A stretch of 64,000 nt of DNA from NCBI GenBank assembly GCA_905178155.1, contig CAJINV010000008.1, positions 1,426,001 to 1,490,000 on the forward strand, read 5' to 3'. Shown here in pieces: positions 58,611 through 64,000 of this stretch. The first letter of the stretch is position 1; the number at the start of each line of letters is the position of its first letter. Position numbers and translations under genes: made by a program. This DNA is from Amoebophrya sp. A120. Its lineage: Eukaryota > Protista > Dinoflagellata. A model generated the notes under the pieces. It was not told the DNA's origin and searched no databases. It worked only from the letters and a program-made list of their open reading frames with translations.

Positions 58611-59671
58611 AAAAAGAATGCGGGCTCTTCTGTGAAGCTGGGCGGCTTTTTCGTGGTCGTGCATACAACTTTTTGATTTTGCTAGACATAGAGAACCGAA
58701 AGAAAAAAGGCGCTTCAATCCTCTAGGGTCCCTAGTCCGCTGCGGTCCGTGGTTCAAGGAAACAGGATAGTGAGTCCCGCTTGATAAATCGGTAGTGCGA
58801 CGAGGACCAACATGGTGAAGGGCCTCGTCCTTGTTGTTTTCCATGAAAATCGTACCAGAGGCAGAGACGTGAAAAACCCGACTGAAGTTGCTTCTTTTAT
58901 TTTCCTTTGAGGGACAGACCGCAAACGCGTCTGTTGTTGGTTGCCCCCCCTACTTGTAGTGGTGTTCCTAACGTCGACAGTACCGCTCTCAATTCTATGC
59001 CACAGAGAGCGACACGGTCACGGCAATCACCCTGATAAAAGTCGTGAGAGACAAGAGGGACATCTTCCCAGTTATGTGAAGGAGGGGCGGGGCCACTCTT
59101 GCTTGCAAATTTAAGTCTTCTGCTTGTCCTCGTGGTTTTCTTTATATTCCCTGCCAAGTCTAACTCTAAGTGTGACTGTGAGCGGCAGTGGTCAGTCGGT
59201 ACTACGATTTCCTGGCTTACGCTTTGCGTGTGCGGTCGCCCAGGTGGCCCTCGGAAGATGTACTACTTAAGTACAAAAAAAACTTTCACAACTGTAGACC
59301 GCAACGAGAAAGAAAGCACCTGGCGGAATTCGATGGAGGGTGGTCCACACGAAGATGCCAGCGGTTGGTCGTTCTGCTGCGAAGCGAGCCCATCCAGAAA
59401 GAGCTGCGGCACGCGGGAATGGACGACTCCACCGTCCGTCCACGACAATAGCCAAGACGCTCGAGGAGCTGGAAATTCGTATGCTCCCACTTTCAGCACA
59501 CCAGGGTCTACTTTGTTGAGCAGCTGTCGTGCCACTGCTTGGATTAGCGGCTCGGCGACTTCTGCGTCATCAAGTTCATCCCTGGACGAAATAAGCTCAT
59601 CTAGCAATTGTTTCACAGGCGACGACTACAGAGGCCGGCGAAGAATACCATGCCGTGCTGCTCCGCAGAAG

Positions 59672-62600
59672 ATGCAGAGGATGAGGATTTCCGCCACTAC
59701 TCTTGCGGCGGTCTCGTTGCAGCTGTACCAGATGGACAGCGTTGTTGCAGATTTGCCGGTTCACTGCTTGGCTTCGGACCTGGCAGGGGAGAGCGGCGGG
59801 ACTGGTAAGAAGTGGGAGTTTACGTTCGGCTCTCCCAAGGACAAGCCGTACGGCAACGCGTTTTCCGATATTTGCGGACTATCCACAAAACAGGACCGAT
59901 CCGCGACCCCGCCATGGGATTTATTGTCATGCAACCTAACAAAACATGCATCAGATGTGAGCAGCCAAGCAGTGTCTGTCATACAAAAAATGGATGAGGA
60001 TGGCTCTTTTTTTGTGGATACGGACATCAGCGACCGGATAAGCCGCATTCGCAGCCAGAGCGAAAACTCCCCGGAGAAAAAGCTCTCGCTATTCAAGTAA
60101 ATTGGAAGTACTCTCTAACTGAGCCGGGAATCAATTACTTTAGCACGTTTGTTCTTTTAGAAAACAGTTTCTCTATCACTTCCTTATCTCTTCTATTCCT
60201 TTTTCCGCCCCTCAACTTTTCGGTCCCTACCAGTGTGAAGATCTTTGTCGCGAACATGATTACCCCCTGTGTCGCGCAATGAGGGCCTCCTCTCTAATAA
60301 AAATCTTCCGTTTGAAGGTCACACTGCAGCCGAGCTTCAAGATTGGAATAGATAAAGTGCTGTTCGAAAGTTCGACTGTCGAGACGCCAGAAGCGCACTT
60401 GAAAGCTTCAAGTTTCGCTGAGAGTACCCCGAGCAGCAGCCTGAATTTGCTGTCGTTGCTACGCGCTAACGGTGCGAAGGAACAGGTCCACCAGGAGGGC
60501 GAGGACAATGTGCTGGATGATGCGACAAGACACAAGCAAAATCTGCACTCCATCGCGACCAAGGGCCCCAGCCTGTTGCAACAAGAAATGCAGGCTGGCA
60601 AAAACGCCGCAGCGACGCACACGCAGCATCACTTCATGGGCCCGTCAGATTGGTCGATGGTGTACGACGAAGGACTGGAAATCGAGCTTGGAAAGCTGCG
60701 TCTGTTCGCTTTCTCCGCGTTTGATTTCGACGGTAGCGGCAAAAACGTGTCCCGGTGTGGGCTCACCGAAGTTGGCTATGCTACGTGAAGATGAAAGTGT
60801 GCTTGGCACTAGCAAATTTAAGACCACTTAGATATAGAAGCAAAAGCACCATGAAAGAAAGCAAAATTGTACCATCCGCAGAAGAAACGAATCAGGTTCA
60901 GGCTGATGGTGCTAGTACATGCATATATCTTCGCATACCCGTAACCATGGCAGGTCCAATAGAAGAGAGTCAGAAAGAAACTACTTGCATACATACTTTT
61001 ACTATAAATTTTCATCCTTCCATTGACATAGTCAGAAAATGATAAAGCGACTGCACTTTCTCTTTTTTTTTGGTTTGACGTCGGTTGGTACCGCACCATT
61101 ACGGACAACCCCGGGGATCAGTATCATACCGGGTGTTGGATTGGGCGGCAAATCGACGGCAGCGGCGGCAACTCCACCACGACGACGTCCTCTGACGAGG
61201 AGCAAGCTACTGTCATGATGGACAAGAAGAGCAAGAGGCACGAGGCGCCCACGGTGAAGAAGATCCCGGGACTTATATCCTGTGCAAAAGTATCGCACTC
61301 GTACTAATTGCAAATGCACATGACAAATGTTTTTCCTAAGGGAAAACAGCATTACAAATTCCACTTTCATCCCTCTTGCCAAAATTTGTGATGCAATTTA
61401 TACTAGTGCGATGCTTTTGCAATGCATAGCTTAATGTCGCCCCCAACGTTGTACACGACGCCGAAGGAAAGCTGCACGCTATTGCAGTGAAAAATACCCC
61501 CACCCCCAAAGGTGCAAAAATTTAAGTTTGTGATGCGACGTTTCCAAATGAAAACTTTTTGCCATGCATGAAAGGAGTATGAATCTTTCTGATGCAGAGT
61601 CTAGCTCTAGGCGTGTATCGCATCGCTTGCATGACAAGCGCCACTCTTGCTGCGGTCTTTTGCAATGCAAATTTTTGCTACCCACGATTGGAAACCTGTG
61701 ATGCTGATAGATGCAAGAGGGCAAGTGTTTCATTTGGAAAGGTTTGCAATACAAATGCTCCCAAGGTCGGGGGTGAGGGCATTTTTCATTGTAATACACG
61801 CGATCAACACTCCGGGTGCGGCCTCCAATCTGGAATCGCACCTGCTGCGGAAAAAAACCGATGCAGTAGACGCCCCCTCCTCAACATCATCTTCGTCGTT
61901 GATGCAAACTGAAACCTTTGCGTCGTCCCCGACCCCGAGCAATGTCATCAATAGCAAGGGATTGTTGCGACGTGGGACGACTGGAAGTACAACTACGCAG
62001 ATCGTCGCACCAAGTCGAAGGAGCCCTGGCACATCCACTCCATTCGAGGACAAGTCCTTGGATAGTTTGATGCAGAAAGCTATGGATTGCAAAAATAACT
62101 GGGTCTGGAAAGTTGGAACTTGTAATGCTGGTCTTGCATTCATATCAAATCTGTATTGCATGACCAACAAAGGTGGTAGCCTCTCATGTCAAACAAAAAC
62201 GCAGTTTCTCATCCAGAGTTCGTATGAGAAAGCGTGCTGCAACCTTGTCATGCTTTCCTGCATAAGGAAGTGACTCCTTCTTGCACATTTTAGCATCACA
62301 AAGTTCCAGACCCAGACATATTTGCAATGCATAAAAGCTTCGTTTCTGCAAGACGAAGACGCGGAGGCGGACGACCGCAGCCGCATTGTGCGCACGCGTC
62401 TCGAACACCAAAAAATCGCCGACGAGATTAACGCGGCCAATTTAGGTTGGAAAGCGAAAGTGTACGACCGCTTTCTCGACAAAACCCCACGGGAGCTGAA
62501 TTTGATGTCAGGCCGCCGCGCGGGGCTCTTCCCCCGGCAGAATCGGAACACATTGCAGAGCGAAATTACGCCCGACACCGATTCGGTATTTCCGCAGCCG

Positions 62601-64000
62601 CGAAAGGTGTTATCGGGTGCACTATGGAAAGGAAGGCAAAAGTAAAAAGTACTGGAACCGTGCTTGCAGTGCTGACGTTTCTTGCGCGGACGTCAAAATG
62701 ATCGTTGCAATTGGTGCAGCTGCACAAGCACAACAAAGTAAAAGTTTGTGCTCTGGCATAGTAGCAGAAGTTGTGTGGAAAGTACGAAGATCGGCCGATA
62801 CAAAGACAATAACAATCACCGAAAGATCATGAAAGTAAGAAGTGCTCGCACTTCAGTTGTTGGTCAACGCAGACTCCTCTTTCGAACCGCATAATAGTCA
62901 CCGAATCTGAATCAAACAACGCACAGAGCTTGTTCAAAAAAGTCCTTACTTTCCATAGAACTCGCAGCACATCCAGAATCTGGCGCTTTTGCAGGAAGAA
63001 GCGAATGGATCCGAGCTCCTCTCGAAAGCGGCGGCCGCCGCAACGGAGAAGAAGCGGGCACTTCCGAAGCAGTTCGACTGGCGCAATCCAAACGACGGCG
63101 GCCACCCGCTCATCGTCACGGAAGGCATCAACCAAGGCAACTGCGGCTCTTGCTACGTCCTGTCGGCGACGCAGGCGCTCAACGCCAGGCTGCGCGTCAA
63201 GAAACTGCGGGAATTGAAGGCCAAGGACGCAAGCGACGCGGAAATCCACACGGCGCTCAAAAACAGCCAGAAGTTCTCCTACGAACATGCCCTCGGCTGC
63301 TCCGAGTTCAATCAAGGCTGTGATGGCGGGTACAATTCGTATTTTTGTATAATCGTGCAGGTGGAGGTAGGTACAGGTAGTGGTTGTGCAAGGGCTACAC
63401 CCAAAAAATGTGTACGTACTTGATGTTCCTTCATCTAGGTTGTGCGTGATTTGTGCTTTTTCTCTACTCACGACAAGCCCGCATTTCAAGTTATGGAAAT
63501 TCTTCTGACATCGTATTTGTATTTCACTTTCAGAGTTTTGAAAAAGTAAAAGATAGTAAATGGCAATGCATGAAGGAAGCTGAGTAGATCAGCCCAAAAA
63601 TTTTTCCATAATCAACCAAAGAGCCACGACTTGTCTTATCTTGTACGAAACTCTCAGGTACAGCCACCTGTTTGGTCAGTGGTCGCGGTTGTTTGGCCTG
63701 GCGCCCGCAGACGAGGAGTGCACTCCGGAGGGCGGATGGGGCGACGGTTCGGAGTGCAAGCCGATCCCTGCCTCTTGTCCGCAAGAGAAGTATCCACAGT
63801 AAATTTCCCGTACGCGTACAAATGCTGTCTCTGCATGACAACCTTTTTTTCCAATCCTATTCAGCATGACAAGTGGCATCCGAAGCTGCTTGCGGCGACG
63901 GTGCAAAGGTTTTTGATGTGGTGCAGTCGGGTATGCATGACAAGTGGCATGCTCCAACTTACGAAAATTTCTCAAGCATTTTGTACATGTACAGGAAATT
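59672..64000 (+). CDS. CTSC: Cathepsin C / dipeptidyl aminopeptidase (C1A), 3' end beyond window
   Basis: Signal peptide then ADLPVHC..W.F..CG|HQRPD exclusion domain, WSMVYDEGLEI, LPKQFDWRN, NQGNCGSCY, CSEFNQGCDGGY. Confidence 0.92.
59880..60020. mobile_element. TIR introner element, family A-related (141 bp)
   Basis: tatccacaaaa...ttttgtggata; TSD cggac; removal gives ICG|HQRPD. Confidence 0.9.
61276..61428. mobile_element. TIR introner element, family B (153 bp)
   Basis: TIR tatcctgtgcaaaagtatcgcactcgta; flanks actta/gctta. Confidence 0.92.
61480..61796. mobile_element. TIR introner element (317 bp)
   Basis: TIR tattgcagtgaaaaatacccccacccc; TSD cacgc. Confidence 0.93.
62081..62333. mobile_element. 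TIR introner element, family C (253 bp)
   Basis: TIR tatg.attgcaaa.at..ctgggtctggaa; TSD aaagc. Confidence 0.94.
63791..64000. mobile_element. TIR introner element truncated by window end
   Basis: Left end tatccacagtaaatttcccgtacgcgtacaaatgct pairs with the final bases agcattttgtacatgtacaggaaatt. Confidence 0.85.

Noticed and set aside
7535-62333. Hairpins as rho-independent terminators or REP/ERIC elements
   Set aside because: They interrupt eukaryotic coding sequence, carry 5-bp TSDs and lack U-tracts.

Overview
Eukaryotic protist genomic DNA, most consistent with a parasitic alveolate such as Amoebophrya (Syndiniales). This is inferred from the CDPK, POP-type DNA polymerase, DPAP/cathepsin C, co-oriented genes and intron style. 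About 13 genes or gene-like ORFs are present, all on the + strand: a signal-peptide pseudokinase-kinase, a CLC channel, a hidden NYN/Regnase-like RNase, a CDPK, an STI1-domain protein, a POP family-A DNA polymerase, an ankyrin protein, an SGNH hydrolase, a Mib/Herc2-domain protein, cathepsin C and several hypotheticals. The dominant feature is about 44 non-autonomous DNA-transposon-like elements of 109-1009 bp, all inside coding sequence. They have terminal inverted repeats (usually TAT/TAC...ATA/GTA) and 5-bp target-site duplications. Removing an element plus one TSD copy restores the reading frame, and often a conserved motif, for every complete element listed, mostly without GT-AG. They therefore behave as transposon-derived non-canonical introns (introners). 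Applying this rule turns the apparently junk 15.8-21.9 kb region into one 562-aa ribonuclease gene split by seven elements, with a 2-nt micro-exon. All coordinates and alignments were done by hand; splicing itself is inferred, not observed.
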